Below, in pieces: positions 10,253-22,253 of a stretch of DNA of 64,000 nt. The notes beneath the pieces are model-generated. The model saw nothing but the letters and a program-made list of their open reading frames with translations. It was not told the origin of the DNA and did not search any database. Source of the stretch: Rhizodiscina lignyota (lineage: Eukaryota); NCBI GenBank assembly GCA_010015805.1, contig ML978129.1, positions 310,001-374,000 on the forward strand. Reading direction: 5' to 3'. Made by a program: the position numbers and the translations under genes. Numbering within the stretch: position 1 is the stretch's first letter; every line of letters starts with the position of its first letter.

Positions 10253-13200
10253 ATGACAGGATGGCGAGACAGAGGCTTCGTCCAGGATTCAGACGATGAG
10301 GATGGCACCCAAGATTCGCTCGAGACGCTCAGTTCATCACCACCACTTCATGACAACGAGAAATCTCAACCTCGGCCAAATGCTGCCAACGTGTTCGTCG
10401 AAGTCCCTGTGCGAAGCGTGGTTCCCGAAAATATTGACGGAAGCGAACCGTCTGACTCCGAACTGAGCGAGCCTCCAATATCTCCAGAGCCCCAAAGCCC
10501 TCCAATCGAACCACAAAGGCCTGCAACAGAGCCGAAAAGAAGGTTTTTCTTTGGCCCAAGAGCGAGGATAAATGTTGGACAACCATCGAGCGAGCTTGGA
10601 AACGATGCTGGATTGCCAAGCGACCCCGACCTTGGGCAATCTTCACTGTCTAGTGTGCGCAGTAGTAGACGTCTGATTCTTGAATCTTCCACGGTCAATT
10701 CAAGCCCAGTCAGAGAGCATCATGACCCCCGCACAGTAATAGCGGATACAATAACTCCTACGCATTCTCACAACAACGAGGTATACGTTGCTCGGCGTCA
10801 GAGAAATCTACGCAAAAGGAATGAGATCCAGCTTCATCCTTACCTTCTCGAGCAAATCAGGTTTGAGAGAGACTTCCGTGCAAGAGGCTTGAGGCCGTTT
10901 CGGGCCCAGACAGGGCTTCCAGAGCACGGAGAAGTCACGAAAGTTCCTGAGGCGGCTCAAGAACGGGAAAGTCACGTTGAGAGCTCACAGTCATCCGAAA
11001 ATTCTGGGACATTATCAAGCAACGAGCACAGCTCCCAAACTCACGCTCGTAACAGCCTAACTCCATCTTCGCCACCAGATTTGGGACTTGCGTTGGACAA
11101 TGAGGAAGATGCGGACCTTCCTGCTGTTGAGTCATTGCTTCAAGGTGCTCCCACTGACAAGGTCAGTGTCGGCGTCAAGCGCCGAAAGCTTACCCATACG
11201 TACAAAGCTCGAGCCAAAACCAGGCTTGCTGTACTGGGCGACACAGTTAATGATCGAATTGGCTTGGAAAGTACCCGTGCGGGCGTATATGACTTTCCAA
11301 ATTCTCCTCCAGAATCTTTGGAAATAGGTGGATCGGCAGCGCATCCGCATCAGGAGACAGCCTTTAGATTCTCTCCGAGTCTTAACGCTGTTCTACCCAC
11401 TCCGGTACACTCTTCACAGGCAAAGAGCCGCCCAACTGTTGCTCCAGAAAACTCAGATTCTGACGAGGGACCCATGAGTGCGATGCGATCGGCTGAACAA
11501 CGATCAGCAAGAAGAATTGTCACGATATCTTCGTCAGAATCTTCATCTTCAGAATCAGGCACTGGATCAAGCTCAGAGACAGACAACAGTGGTTCCAGCC
11601 AAATTCGACACATCCAGCGCAGAATAAAAGGCGTCCTCCCTGCATCTTGGCTACGTCTCGACCTCCAGGCACAAGCGAAGAGAGAGGCACAAGAAGCTCA
11701 AAAGTCACGAGAGTTGTATACAACACAGCTAGACGCGAGCAAAGGAGTTGCAAAGAAGGTGGTCAGACCCACAGATGCACAGTCACCTTCAACTTCGAAT
11801 CCTATTCCGATCTTCTCGAGTGATTCTGAAGACGAAGTCGCCAAAAACGATGCACATCGTTCAGTCAGCCCCCTCAATATCCGCGGTGCCGACGTGCAAA
11901 TGCCGCCAAAGCAGCCTGTCGAACCCCAGCTGCTTGATGATATTGAAGAAGACGACTGGATTGACCCGATGCTTCCTGCAAAATCACGAATGTCCACCCA
12001 CAGGAGAACTCGCAAGCGGCAGATGAAAATGACAGATGCTTTTGACATATTGAAGAGACAATCCGACCCAGTTCAAAGCGTTTTACCGTCTAGAAAACAC
12101 AGCAATAGAAAGCGATCCTCTGTGCGGCTCCCAAAGACAAGTCGACAACGCAGGACAGAAGCGCCTCGTCTCAGCATCCTTGATGTAGACACTGCTGCTC
12201 ATGATGAGGAGGAGCCTCATTTTTTGCGCATAGCAAAGAGAATGGCCAGAAAGCAGGAAGACAAAGGTCGTGCCAGCCCTACCCAAAAATTCATCAGGCT
12301 TCAAAATCGAGCAGACACTGAAGAGGCAAACGAACCCCTACGTCGATGGAGAGAAGGGACTTTGAAACCTCGCGACGACATCCGTGAACGAACCTCTTCC
12401 AGGTCGACGCGTCAGCCTCTTGCACCTTTATCGAGCAATCGCCAACAGCGTCTGCCCTCACCAGAAAAGGGCCCGCAACACAAGGACGAGACCGAAGTGA
12501 CCCAACACAGCCCAGGACGCCCAGCCTCAAGAACAGTGGCCTCTGGAGTCCAGCCCCGACAAACAACACTTCTTTCTGTAGTCTCGAGACAGGATGGAGA
12601 ACATGCTTCTCTGGCAGGGCCTAATGAAGCACCAGAACAACAACCTGCACTTCCAAAGCCTGTGAGACGGAAACTGTTAACCAGAGGAAGCCATTTCAGG
12701 GATGCTCAACTTGAAGCCTTAGAGACTGATTTCAACAAAAGTCATCAGGGCATTGCATTTAAAAGATATCTTCGAGACTTAGAAGCGAGATCGGCAGAGT
12801 CATTATCCACTGATCAACTTGACGCAGTCCTCCAGAGACCACCGTCTACGATCATACCTGAATTCGGAAGAACATCGAGTACGACGAAGAGGTCGCAAGA
12901 GGTGACTGCGAAAGAGGTGGCGGCGAAAGGCGGACACCATCAAGCAGCTACTCACAAACCACTTGTCCGAAGACCTCGGAAGCTGCCACCTAGACGGCTT
13001 GACATAGAGGTCAGAGAATTCCGTCAACCATCTGAGCCATCTCCAGTATCCCACGCTTTGGTCATGGACCTTACCGCAAATGAACATGATGAAGAAAATG
13101 ATAAAGCTTCCTTATTGGGCCTGGGCCATTATGGGACGCGATATTCCGTTGACTTTGACATCCATCGACTGGAACAGGGAACGTTCTTTCATGAAGGTTC

Positions 13201-16200
13201 TTTTATCGGAAGCGGCGATTTGCGAAAATGTCTCCAGTCTAATGGAAGAGACATGGACACGGCGAGCATGCCTTTCCATACGAGGATTGGGAACAAAGAA
13301 GTTTGCTGGCAACTCTGGAACGAGGATGTCGCAACTGATGTCTCAATGATATTCGACTTATTGAAAAAGAGCGGCAGCAACCTTGATTCTCAGACGACTC
13401 CAGATCCTACTGCAAGTCAAGTGATGGTGAAGAAATTGCTCGTCTTCATCGCCACCTCTCTTGGATTCTCGGATCCTATTGATCGTCGTCCTTTCGTGGA
13501 ACACGTTACAAAGCAAGTCGAGGACATCCTGGATGATCTCTCCTCTTTTAGGACCACGGTCGCCCAAGAGTTTCTGCCGCTGTCTTCGTATTTGTTGGTC
13601 TTATGCCTCGAGCTCAAGCATGTAGCTGGGCAGATTTCCGAAAGAGGTTTATTCAGCGGCCGTCTCCGACATATAACGACATTGCTTGCTGAACATACCA
13701 TGAAATCGATTCTTTCATCCACTCCGTATGAGCTGAATCAATTCTATGAGTCCAACAGACGGCATAGGGAGCGCGAAGCGGGGATCGGGAGCAACCCAAT
13801 TGTGGAGGCCATTCTCATCTTGAGAGTTGTCCTCCAGGAAACGCAGATTCCAAAGTGTTTATTTTGGGATTGCTTTAACCAAGAGATGTCGTCTCGAATC
13901 GCTCGTGCTGTTCATGTGCAGACCTTCGATGGCATTTGGGAAAATCTATTCGTAATCCTCCCGTTGTTCGAGCTGGACATGTCAGGCCTCCTGGATGCTA
14001 GCAACTTCCTTGATGTCTCGTCGGAGAACTGGTCCTTAGTAAAGAAGCTTCTCGAACGACTCTTCCTCCTGTCTAGTAACACTCCTGATCGCGGGATCTC
14101 CACTCTTAATGCATATTTGAGAGCAAATCTCAGCCGCTGCCATCATCTCCTAACTGAATGGAGATGGGCCAGAAGCGAGATTGTGCTGAGCACTATCTTT
14201 GATTTCTTTGCTCAGAGCGGCCTCGCTGGTCTGAAACTCGAGGAAGCAGGTCCCTCCCCACGATTCCTGGAGAACCTACATCACAATCCGGACCTTTGGA
14301 TTCAGCCATCAGACAAAGCCTTCCACATCTTCCTGAAAATGCTGGCCAAAAGCCTCATTTCAATGCGCGAGACTTACACCGACAAGAAGATTCAAGGCAT
14401 CGCATGGCGTTTCGTTCCAAACCACGGACGAACGTACCCCAAAGACCAAGCAATTCGCGAGGAAGATTTGATAGCTCTGAGGAACCACCACGATTTGCTC
14501 TGTACACTATATTGGGCATCTCCGCCTGGTTTCCGACCAAGACTTGACCTGGTGCGGAACCTTGTCGACCATTCAAGCTCTCACCGAGAAGCATGCCGAC
14601 TAAACGTTCGTGCCTGGTCAAATCTTGTTCGATTTCAAGTGTCAACAGCAGAACCTGTCGCCACTCTGGAGCCTTTTGCAGCTTGGTTTCGGGAAATAGT
14701 TGAGCAGACAATCTCACAATTTCGACTAGCTCGAAGCGAGGCAGAGACACAACTTGAGAACTCGAAAGTCCGGGGCGACCGAAGCCTCACCGCTAATTTT
14801 GTTCACTCCATCGTGGATCGTAATCAGCGGCAGGTTCTTGCGACTCTGAGCGATGTCATAATTGGCCTCCGATCAGCGATTAAATCTGCAAGCTCAGTCT
14901 CCACGGCCACTCTGCTCCTGCAAGAGTCAAACTTTTCTCTTGTCTTCTCACTCCTGGATGAAGGGAACACACGCGTAAACGAGGTCATCATCGAAGTACT
15001 TGCCGTCGTCAGAGAGTACGTGCAGAGGTGTCGCGATCAAGAAGCTAGTTCGACGGAAAGCAACGAGGAGAGCCAAGACTATGGTGACTGGCCTGACTCT
15101 GAAGAGTTCGGTATGGTACCACCCGCTAAGCCTGAGCTGCCTTCCATGGATTTTGTCTTTGCACCACTTGACCAGCTTTTGTCCAACTGCTTTGGGGCAG
15201 AGAAAGCGCCGGATGACAAGATGCTTTGGCCGCTTGTAGAAACGTGGACTAAGACTGCGGGTGCTTTGGTCGGATGCGGACAGAGAGACTGGAATTCCTA
15301 TTTAGACTCCCATGGGGCTCATTCTTGGTCTCGATTACGGGACACGGAGCAGATGCGAAAATACCTGCCGTTCTACCACACTACGATCTTAGAGCTTGAC
15401 CCGCTCGTTCTCCAGGACCATCAACAGACCTTCATCTCGACCTGGTTGCTGTCGCTGGCTGAGCGCGAGTCGATGCTAAAGTTCCAGCATAATATGACAG
15501 CGGCTCTCCTCAACACCGGTGTCCCATATCTCCTTCAAAATCTGCCATTCTCAATCAACCAGTCAGGAAAATATGATATCTCACTATCCGACTTACGAGA
15601 GCGCCGCTTGAGCCTGATCAGTTGTATCTTATCCAACATGCGAGATGCACACGAGTTGACCATTTCTCTGCGCGAGAAGAACGAGCTTCGAGCTCTGTTC
15701 ACTAGATTGTTGAAGCAATTCATGGCTGCCATGAAGAATAACTATCTCGAGCTGAAACATGGTGATACGATACGAGGGTCGTACGTAACATTTGTCCAGC
15801 GAGTCGTCGAGTTCTTGCAACAGTATACGGCCGAAATATGCAGTATCGACAAGTTCTTCACGGATTCCACTGCTTTCCCACTTCCCGCCACAGATCCAAC
15901 CTATGTCGTGGGTAAGCTAAAGGGTTATGCACTGAAACTCAAGGATATCAAGACGCAGAAAAGCCTCGCGATGTTCATCCAGAATGTCTCGGAGCGCGCA
16001 GCTATGGATAACCAGCACCCGTATCTTGTCGGCCAGCTCTGTACTGCTATGGTTGCGTTCCGACAGTACGGAGACGACGAAAGGCCCACGTTGGTGTCCG
16101 TCCTTATGAGAGGTATTTTCCCAGCATACCTGCAATATTGTATGAGTACGACGTGTGGCTGGATTCCTGCTGTTCCGATTCTACAGGCCTCGGCCACCAT

Positions 16201-16825
16201 GTTCCAGGACCTTTTGTATCAATTCGACTTGAACGACCAAAGGGCGATCTCTTCTGCGGCGGTAACGATTTCAGACTTTCTTGCCACGGCTCGGCAAGCA
16301 ACAGAACTTTTGGTCAATCATTCCGGTTTGCTTGAGCAGCCACATATCCTGTACGTGCTCGCATTCATCATCCAGGCTGCAACGGCTACTCTCCCCGCGG
16401 TCGACTATATCCAACGTGCAATTGGGCTAGCACATGATGCTCTACACACGATTCAATTCCTGAAACAATTCTGCGAGTTCGTGGGCACAATTCTCTCGGG
16501 AAATCCCGATATTGTTGCTCCCAACTTGTTCGGCGTTGATACTGTAGCACTTGACCCGCGCTTCGAAGACGTCCGGGAGTTCTCTCGACGGCAGCTCCAT
16601 GAGGCTTTGAATAGTTCTTGGAAACAGGAGGGAGAAAGATTCTTTGTCGGGAGGAACAGCACAAGAAGGGAGGTGCATATTGATGTCAGGACCGCCGATG
16701 GAGAGCGCGATAGAGTTGTTCATGCGATCAACGAGTTCAATCGTCTGCTGGAAGTGTTGCCCGCTCTGCGAAAGCAGGACTCGAGGAGGAGGAAGCACTG
16801 CGGTTTTGGAAAACTTGTTGTTTGA
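10253..16825 (+). CDS. MMS22: Mus7/MMS22 family replication-fork repair protein, 2190 aa, single exon
   Basis: N-terminal WRDRGFVQDSDDED, RNLRKRNEIQLHPYLLEQ and IKGVLPASWLRLD; helical C-terminal half with PNHGRTYPKD and LRNHHDLLCTLYWASPP. Confidence 0.88.
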   Translation: MTGWRDRGFVQDSDDEDGTQDSLETLSSSPPLHDNEKSQPRPNAANVFVEVPVRSVVPENIDGSEPSDSELSEPPISPEPQSPPIEPQRPATEPKRRFFFGPRARINVGQPSSELGNDAGLPSDPDLGQSSLSSVRSSRRLILESSTVNSSPVREHHDPRTVIADTITPTHSHNNEVYVARRQRNLRKRNEIQLHPYLLEQIRFERDFRARGLRPFRAQTGLPEHGEVTKVPEAAQERESHVESSQSSENSGTLSSNEHSSQTHARNSLTPSSPPDLGLALDNEEDADLPAVESLLQGAPTDKVSVGVKRRKLTHTYKARAKTRLAVLGDTVNDRIGLESTRAGVYDFPNSPPESLEIGGSAAHPHQETAFRFSPSLNAVLPTPVHSSQAKSRPTVAPENSDSDEGPMSAMRSAEQRSARRIVTISSSESSSSESGTGSSSETDNSGSSQIRHIQRRIKGVLPASWLRLDLQAQAKREAQEAQKSRELYTTQLDASKGVAKKVVRPTDAQSPSTSNPIPIFSSDSEDEVAKNDAHRSVSPLNIRGADVQMPPKQPVEPQLLDDIEEDDWIDPMLPAKSRMSTHRRTRKRQMKMTDAFDILKRQSDPVQSVLPSRKHSNRKRSSVRLPKTSRQRRTEAPRLSILDVDTAAHDEEEPHFLRIAKRMARKQEDKGRASPTQKFIRLQNRADTEEANEPLRRWREGTLKPRDDIRERTSSRSTRQPLAPLSSNRQQRLPSPEKGPQHKDETEVTQHSPGRPASRTVASGVQPRQTTLLSVVSRQDGEHASLAGPNEAPEQQPALPKPVRRKLLTRGSHFRDAQLEALETDFNKSHQGIAFKRYLRDLEARSAESLSTDQLDAVLQRPPSTIIPEFGRTSSTTKRSQEVTAKEVAAKGGHHQAATHKPLVRRPRKLPPRRLDIEVREFRQPSEPSPVSHALVMDLTANEHDEENDKASLLGLGHYGTRYSVDFDIHRLEQGTFFHEGSFIGSGDLRKCLQSNGRDMDTASMPFHTRIGNKEVCWQLWNEDVATDVSMIFDLLKKSGSNLDSQTTPDPTASQVMVKKLLVFIATSLGFSDPIDRRPFVEHVTKQVEDILDDLSSFRTTVAQEFLPLSSYLLVLCLELKHVAGQISERGLFSGRLRHITTLLAEHTMKSILSSTPYELNQFYESNRRHREREAGIGSNPIVEAILILRVVLQETQIPKCLFWDCFNQEMSSRIARAVHVQTFDGIWENLFVILPLFELDMSGLLDASNFLDVSSENWSLVKKLLERLFLLSSNTPDRGISTLNAYLRANLSRCHHLLTEWRWARSEIVLSTIFDFFAQSGLAGLKLEEAGPSPRFLENLHHNPDLWIQPSDKAFHIFLKMLAKSLISMRETYTDKKIQGIAWRFVPNHGRTYPKDQAIREEDLIALRNHHDLLCTLYWASPPGFRPRLDLVRNLVDHSSSHREACRLNVRAWSNLVRFQVSTAEPVATLEPFAAWFREIVEQTISQFRLARSEAETQLENSKVRGDRSLTANFVHSIVDRNQRQVLATLSDVIIGLRSAIKSASSVSTATLLLQESNFSLVFSLLDEGNTRVNEVIIEVLAVVREYVQRCRDQEASSTESNEESQDYGDWPDSEEFGMVPPAKPELPSMDFVFAPLDQLLSNCFGAEKAPDDKMLWPLVETWTKTAGALVGCGQRDWNSYLDSHGAHSWSRLRDTEQMRKYLPFYHTTILELDPLVLQDHQQTFISTWLLSLAERESMLKFQHNMTAALLNTGVPYLLQNLPFSINQSGKYDISLSDLRERRLSLISCILSNMRDAHELTISLREKNELRALFTRLLKQFMAAMKNNYLELKHGDTIRGSYVTFVQRVVEFLQQYTAEICSIDKFFTDSTAFPLPATDPTYVVGKLKGYALKLKDIKTQKSLAMFIQNVSERAAMDNQHPYLVGQLCTAMVAFRQYGDDERPTLVSVLMRGIFPAYLQYCMSTTCGWIPAVPILQASATMFQDLLYQFDLNDQRAISSAAVTISDFLATARQATELLVNHSGLLEQPHILYVLAFIIQAATATLPAVDYIQRAIGLAHDALHTIQFLKQFCEFVGTILSGNPDIVAPNLFGVDTVALDPRFEDVREFSRRQLHEALNSSWKQEGERFFVGRNSTRREVHIDVRTADGERDRVVHAINEFNRLLEVLPALRKQDSRRRKHCGFGKLVV

Positions 16826-16956
16826 TAGTTTTGTTCTCCTTTTTGCTACAAGCGGCATTGCCAGGTGTTTTAAAGTCATAAATCACATCAATATATCGTA
16901 GAGATCCTTAAACAATACTGAATCCTCGCTGCTGTTCGTCCCCATCGGCCACATAT

Positions 16957-18483
16957 TCACCGCTGAGATACTGGCAGCGCGGCTTCCACTATCTGCTTCG
17001 CTGGAGCATCGTGTAGCGCGCTCACCCAAAGTATGGATTTAAGCGAAGACCTCACCTCATCCCAATGCTTCAATCTCATAGCTCGAAGCACTTCGGTCAG
17101 ATCAGGCTGAAACCAAGCTTGCTCATCCTCGTTGAAGACAGAAACAGCGCCAATGGTATATAACCAGAGGGAAAAGTGGATCGGTATAGCCCAAGTTGTA
17201 TGCCTAAGCAGAGACAAAGCGCTTTTAAGAGATTGAGCCAAATGCTCATAACGGGTCTTAATACCCCGCCACTGGAGAAAAAGGGTGCTAGAAAACGCCA
17301 ACAGCGCAAGCCGAATAGTCTCGTTCACATTGCACGAATCGAAGTGGAGATCGATAAGGCGGTAATGGATCGAGAGCATGACTTCCTGGTACAGTTCACC
17401 GTCGATAGTGAAGTTACACTGCGTTGCAATGTTGGCGGCACGTACAAATTCGGACAGTCCCTCCCAGACAAGGCAGAGCCGCGTGTCTAGGCTCTCAAGA
17501 AAATGTCCGAGGGCTGAATCGCATATTAGATGATCTGGATCGAGAGCGTTGAGCCTCGAGATACTTGTGTTTCCCTGCGAGGCAACACAAGAGTTCCATA
17601 AGAAGCCGTCGGAGGAGAAAAGCGGCTTGCAACCGACCCCGAGGGCCACCCCCAGATCGGCACTATTTGATATCAGTAATAGTGCACGTACGAGGAAGGC
17701 AAAGATGCAACCTGCCGGCAAATCTTGGCTTGTAACTGTCGTTTCCCCGCAAACGCCGACAAGCCTCCTCTTAAAGTAATCATTGTATGCAATCCCTTGA
17801 GATGCTGTAAGCTTATCCCGAATTCGCCAAGGGCATTTGCTGCCATAGTCAGGCCAAAAACTACCAAGATGATTGAGTCGGATGTTGCCGGGTCGTTGTC
17901 GCTAGCCAAGCGCTGCTGAAGGATAGAAAGTGTCTTCCCAAAATGAGCCAGAGCTGCCTTACTGTCTTCCTTCTTCCCACGGACAAAGTCAAGATATCTT
18001 TTGGCAATAGAGAGAGTGAAGTGGAGACAGGCGGAGTCGTTCCATATAGGCTCGAACCACGATAACTCGGATTGCTTAGAAGCAACTCTAAACTCAAGGG
18101 GGTACATCGTATGCTTGACTTCCAGGTAGTTAGCTAGAGAAATATACTGTTACCAAAATTGTACAACAGCGGAGTATTCGCTTACGGTTCCAGATGGCTT
18201 CGAGAACGTCTAACCCCATCTCAGAAGAGAAAGGCGCAAAAGAAAACTCGCCACCGACTTTGGCCGGGATTGAAAGAGCATCCTCCCTCTTTAAGTTAAT
18301 TATTTTGTTTTCTTTACCGCTATCAAGCCACGAAGGTGGTCTCAACGGCAGCTTCTTGCGGTTCTTGCCACGCATGACATGACGGCGAATAAGCTTGCGC
18401 TTCTCTTCGACAGACTGGCTTGCCGGAGTAGTAACGATAAATGGTGTCGCATCATTCGATTGTATCAATCCCAGTTCTGTCAT
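16957..18483 (-). CDS. Fungal transcription-factor-like protein (Fungal_trans_2-like) lacking a Zn cluster, 3 exons
   Basis: N-terminal FIVTT...RKLIRRHVMRGKN; HLKGL..MI.LRGG and KICRADL after splicing; C-terminal W..V...L..ILW. Introns at 18185-18119 (GT-AG) and 17715-17663 (GC-AG). Confidence 0.7.
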
Positions 18484-19091
18484 GGCTCTGGCAAGAGGAG
18501 CAGATTGAATTTGTGCGGAACACCCACCAAGGCTCACAAAATCCACCAATTACGGGGTCCGAAATGGGCAGACAAAAGCATTGCTTGAAGTGGACGGAGT
18601 CATTATGGCCTCTTCCAAGAACAGATTGATACCTCAAATTGGAAAAGAGCATGGAGAGAGTTGGCAACCATATATTCAAGCTGATGCTTGTTATGCCACC
18701 GCTGGCAAGAAAAGAAAGGAGGCTAAAAAGCCGCTACTAGTTAGAACGCCAAGACTAGATTGTGTCCTAGATGCGGTTTAGTGTAGTGGATACCTGATAC
18801 CTAATTAGTATTCAACCTCAATTGTGTCGTTGATGGAGCGGGCAGGCAAAAGCCTCGTCATTTCTCTTGTCTCATGGGGACTACTGAGATAGGCATAGTA
18901 TATCTAAGGTAAGGGCTAAGTAGCGTGCCGTCCATATATATGGCGAAGATCAAGCCAGCGCAGTTTGTCTCCTTCTGTCCCAATTCTTCGTTCGTCGTAC
19001 ATATCCTTACGTGCCATTTCCTGTGGAAGCAGCTTAGACGATTTCTTCTCTATGCGATTTGAGGAGCTATTTTTGAGCCACCTCAATCGCT

Positions 19092-20196
19092 ATGTCAGCA
19101 TCCTTCAATCTTGGGGCCCCGAAGGAGAGCGCCGGCTCTTTGTTTCTCAGATCGCAGTTCTATGCCTCTGTCCAATGGCCGCCCAGTGACACCAACCTCG
19201 AAGGCAAAGTCGCCATCGTGACAGGTTCCACTGGCGGTCTCGGGCTTGAGGCATCTCGCCAGCTCCTGTCCTTTGGCCTGTCGGGCCTGATCATGGCTGT
19301 GCGGTCAACGACAAAAGGCGAGGAGGCTGCGGCCAAGTTCCGCGCCCAGTATCCCAGGGCCAACATCCAGGTCTGGCCTCTTGAGATGGAATCGTACGAC
19401 TCTATCCAAGCAATTGTTCGTCGTGCCGAAACCGAACTTCCCCGCCTGGACATCGCCATCCTCAACGCGGCCATGCAGACGGCGACCTTCAGCATAGTGC
19501 GCAGTACAGGCCACGAGAAGTATATCCAAGTCAATTACCTCTCCACTATGCTGCTCGCAATCCTGCTCCTGCCGGTGCTCAAGGCCAAGTCGCCCCCAGG
19601 CATGCCTGGTCGGCTGACCATTGTCAGTTCGGGCACAGCACGCGGCGCCACGATCACCGAACTGAAAGACGCGCCGATACTGCCCGCTTTTGACGGCAAA
19701 TCACGGCCCTGGAATCCGTTCAGTCGCTACGCCATCAGCAAGCTGCTGGCTCATCTTTTTGTGATCGACCTGGTACGCTATGTCAGCGCCGATGATGTGA
19801 TCGTCAACCTCGTCGATCCAGGACTGGTTAAAAATACGGACTTGCAGCGTGGTGCGCCACTGCCCTTGGCTGCTTTCTTTTACTGCCTCAAAACGATCTT
19901 CGGGCGAAGACTGCCCGTGGGCGCGTCCACGTATGTCGATGCTGCGGTGGTCAAGGGCAAGGAGACGCATGGTTGCTATGTGGCGGACTGGAAGATCTCA
20001 TCGTAAGCTTTTTCTCCTTCGACGTTAGCCTCCCTCTTGCGTTCTAAAGGACTGACCGATGATCCTTTGACGTAGGTTCGCCGCGTTTGTCTATACGTCT
20101 GACGGAGAAGCGATTCGAGAGCAGCTGTGGAAAGAAACGATGGTCGAGTTTGAGTTTGTGGGAGTTGAAAGTATACTGAGCATGTTGAAAAAATGA
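19092..20196 (+). CDS. Short-chain dehydrogenase/reductase (retinol-DH/WWOX-like), 2 exons
   Basis: Cofactor motif TGSTGGLG, LDIAILNA, QVNYLST and catalytic YAISK. Intron 20003-20075; last exon ends LWKETM...MLKK* at 20196. Confidence 0.9.
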
Positions 20197-20340
20197 CACC
20201 CGACGATGCTTTGTATTGGCACTGGGAGTGCCAATAGCGCTTCAAAAATTAAAATTACTTTCGTCTAAATGCGCTTGGCCAACCGAAAAGCTGTTCATAG
20301 CCCATCGACGCCGAACTCAATGCTGTACACAACGTCCACA

Positions 20341-22253
20341 TCATCTCGATGAGTCGCTGATCCTCTTCATCTGCGACTCGCCTCTCTTCATAATCTTCGT
20401 GATAGCGTGTCGGATCACCACTCCCGCCTTCTCTATCTCCTTCTTTGAAAGGCCGGTCGTCACGCACACCTTGAGCGCAGGGGTAGGCTGCCAGCCATCT
20501 TCGCGTGGGTTCGAGCCGATCATTACAGGCATAGCTTTGAGGCGCGTGATCATCACACCGTTGGTAAGGCACTACAGTTCAATTAGCATTGAGCCACGAA
20601 CCTAAACAATGAAAAGAAAATTGAACGTCATAACTAACCTCATCCACAATGTCCTGAAACAACCACTCTTGATCATCACGATCGAGATTCCTCTGCCGCA
20701 CCACCTCGTCCTTTAGCACGAGAATCAAGATAGGACCCTCGATCGCGCTAGTACACCTCACCCAGTCGCTCCTTGGGTCCAACTGTGCTCTCATTACCTT
20801 GATCGACTCCCGCAACTGTCGGATTGCTTCCGGACCACCCATTGCTATTCCCGCAGATGCGACACCTTGAGATTGATTGCTTCCTGCGGGACTGGCCGGT
20901 CGTGCAGCAACCATGCCTACTGGCTCATCGCTACTAAGTAACCGAATTGTTTCGCTTGCTGTCGTGGCGAGCATAGCTGGGAGAGCCGCTGAGTATGTGT
21001 ATGCAGCTGCGCTAATACGCTGATGTTCGACAACCTCATCTGAGCCAGCGCAAAAGCCACCACCAGCGCATAATGCGCCTGCCAATGAGCCAGTGATCAT
21101 GTCGACGGAGGTAGCATCCACATGGGCATATTCTGTCAGGCCCCGGCCGTGCGCGCCAAGCACGCCGTAGGAATGCGTTTCGTCCAATATCAGTCGGAAT
21201 TTGTATTTCGTCTTAAGCTCAACCTAGCGGAATAATTAGTATTGTGGGCCTTTGTAACTAGCTCTTGAGAGAGAGGAGCTACGGAAGTGAGAAGGAACGT
21301 ACCAGTGCAGCCAGATCCGGAATATCTCCTACCATCTCACTTATTCCCTCGGCAACTATAAAACGCCTTGTCAATTGTCGTCCTTTGCCCTCCTGCACCA
21401 CCTTTTTGAGAACTCGTTCCAAATCTGCCATATCGCCATGCTGAAACCAGCGCACTGTGCTTCTACTGATCTGGAGACCTTTTCGAATCGAATAACCAAC
21501 TGCACTATCCGCAACAATGACGTCTCCTCTCTTGCTGAAAGCTGGAATGACACTGGATATCGTTGAAAATGCCTGTGCGTACAATATGCAAGCTGCAACG
21601 CCAAGGTGCGCAGCAATATCAGCCTCGACGCGGTTGTGAACGTCCTGTGTTCCGTAGAAGCCGGGAGGGCCGCAAGGGCCAACACCGTATGTTCGGAGGG
21701 TTTGTATTGCAGAGTCCTTGAGGTGCTCACTTGAGAGAAGGTTGTAAAAGTTGAAGGAGGCGAGATTCGTTACAGTTCGGCCATTTGAGAGTTTGACTTT
21801 GGGGCCTGTGGGACTGGATTTGGCTCAGTTGGCGCTCATATCATGAGAGTAGCCAGATGATACATACCCAACTATGATTGGTCTCTTCTCCATTTCATTC
21901 TCCTCAAATGCTGTCTGAGGCGGTACCAGGGGCTCTGGCGTCCAATCCTCGACCAGCTCATCAATCTCCTCTTCGCTCAGCTTAACCTCCCCCTTCCCTC
22001 GACTGCCAGTCTCACGTGTGCTGTACTTCGGCGCAAGTAGGTATCGCACTGCGAACAGGAACAGGAACAACTCTACTGCGCTACGCACAGGGTCATCTTG
22101 ATAGCTGCTCTTAATGTAGCGGAGTACGATGGAACTGCCCGGGAGGCGGTAGAAGTAGTTTGCGGCGAGTGTCAGGTACGCGAGCAACTGCGTTTGGAGG
22201 TCGAGGACAACTGCGGGAATCGTGACATTCGGAGAGCTTGTGGTCGCATTCAT
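20341..22253 (-). CDS. LCB1: Serine palmitoyltransferase subunit 1, multi-exon; exact 3' end uncertain (20341, or 20255 if a GC-AG intron is used)
   Basis: Motifs RYIKSSYQDDPVRS, IDELVEDWTPEPL, YGVGPCGPPGFYGT, LDETHSYGVLG..GRG, and GSLA with no PLP Lys, as expected for LCB1. Confidence 0.92.

Noticed and set aside
10329..16901. Many 60-145 aa antisense and alternate-frame ORFs inside MMS22
   Set aside because: Shadow ORFs of a long coding region with no recognisable motifs.
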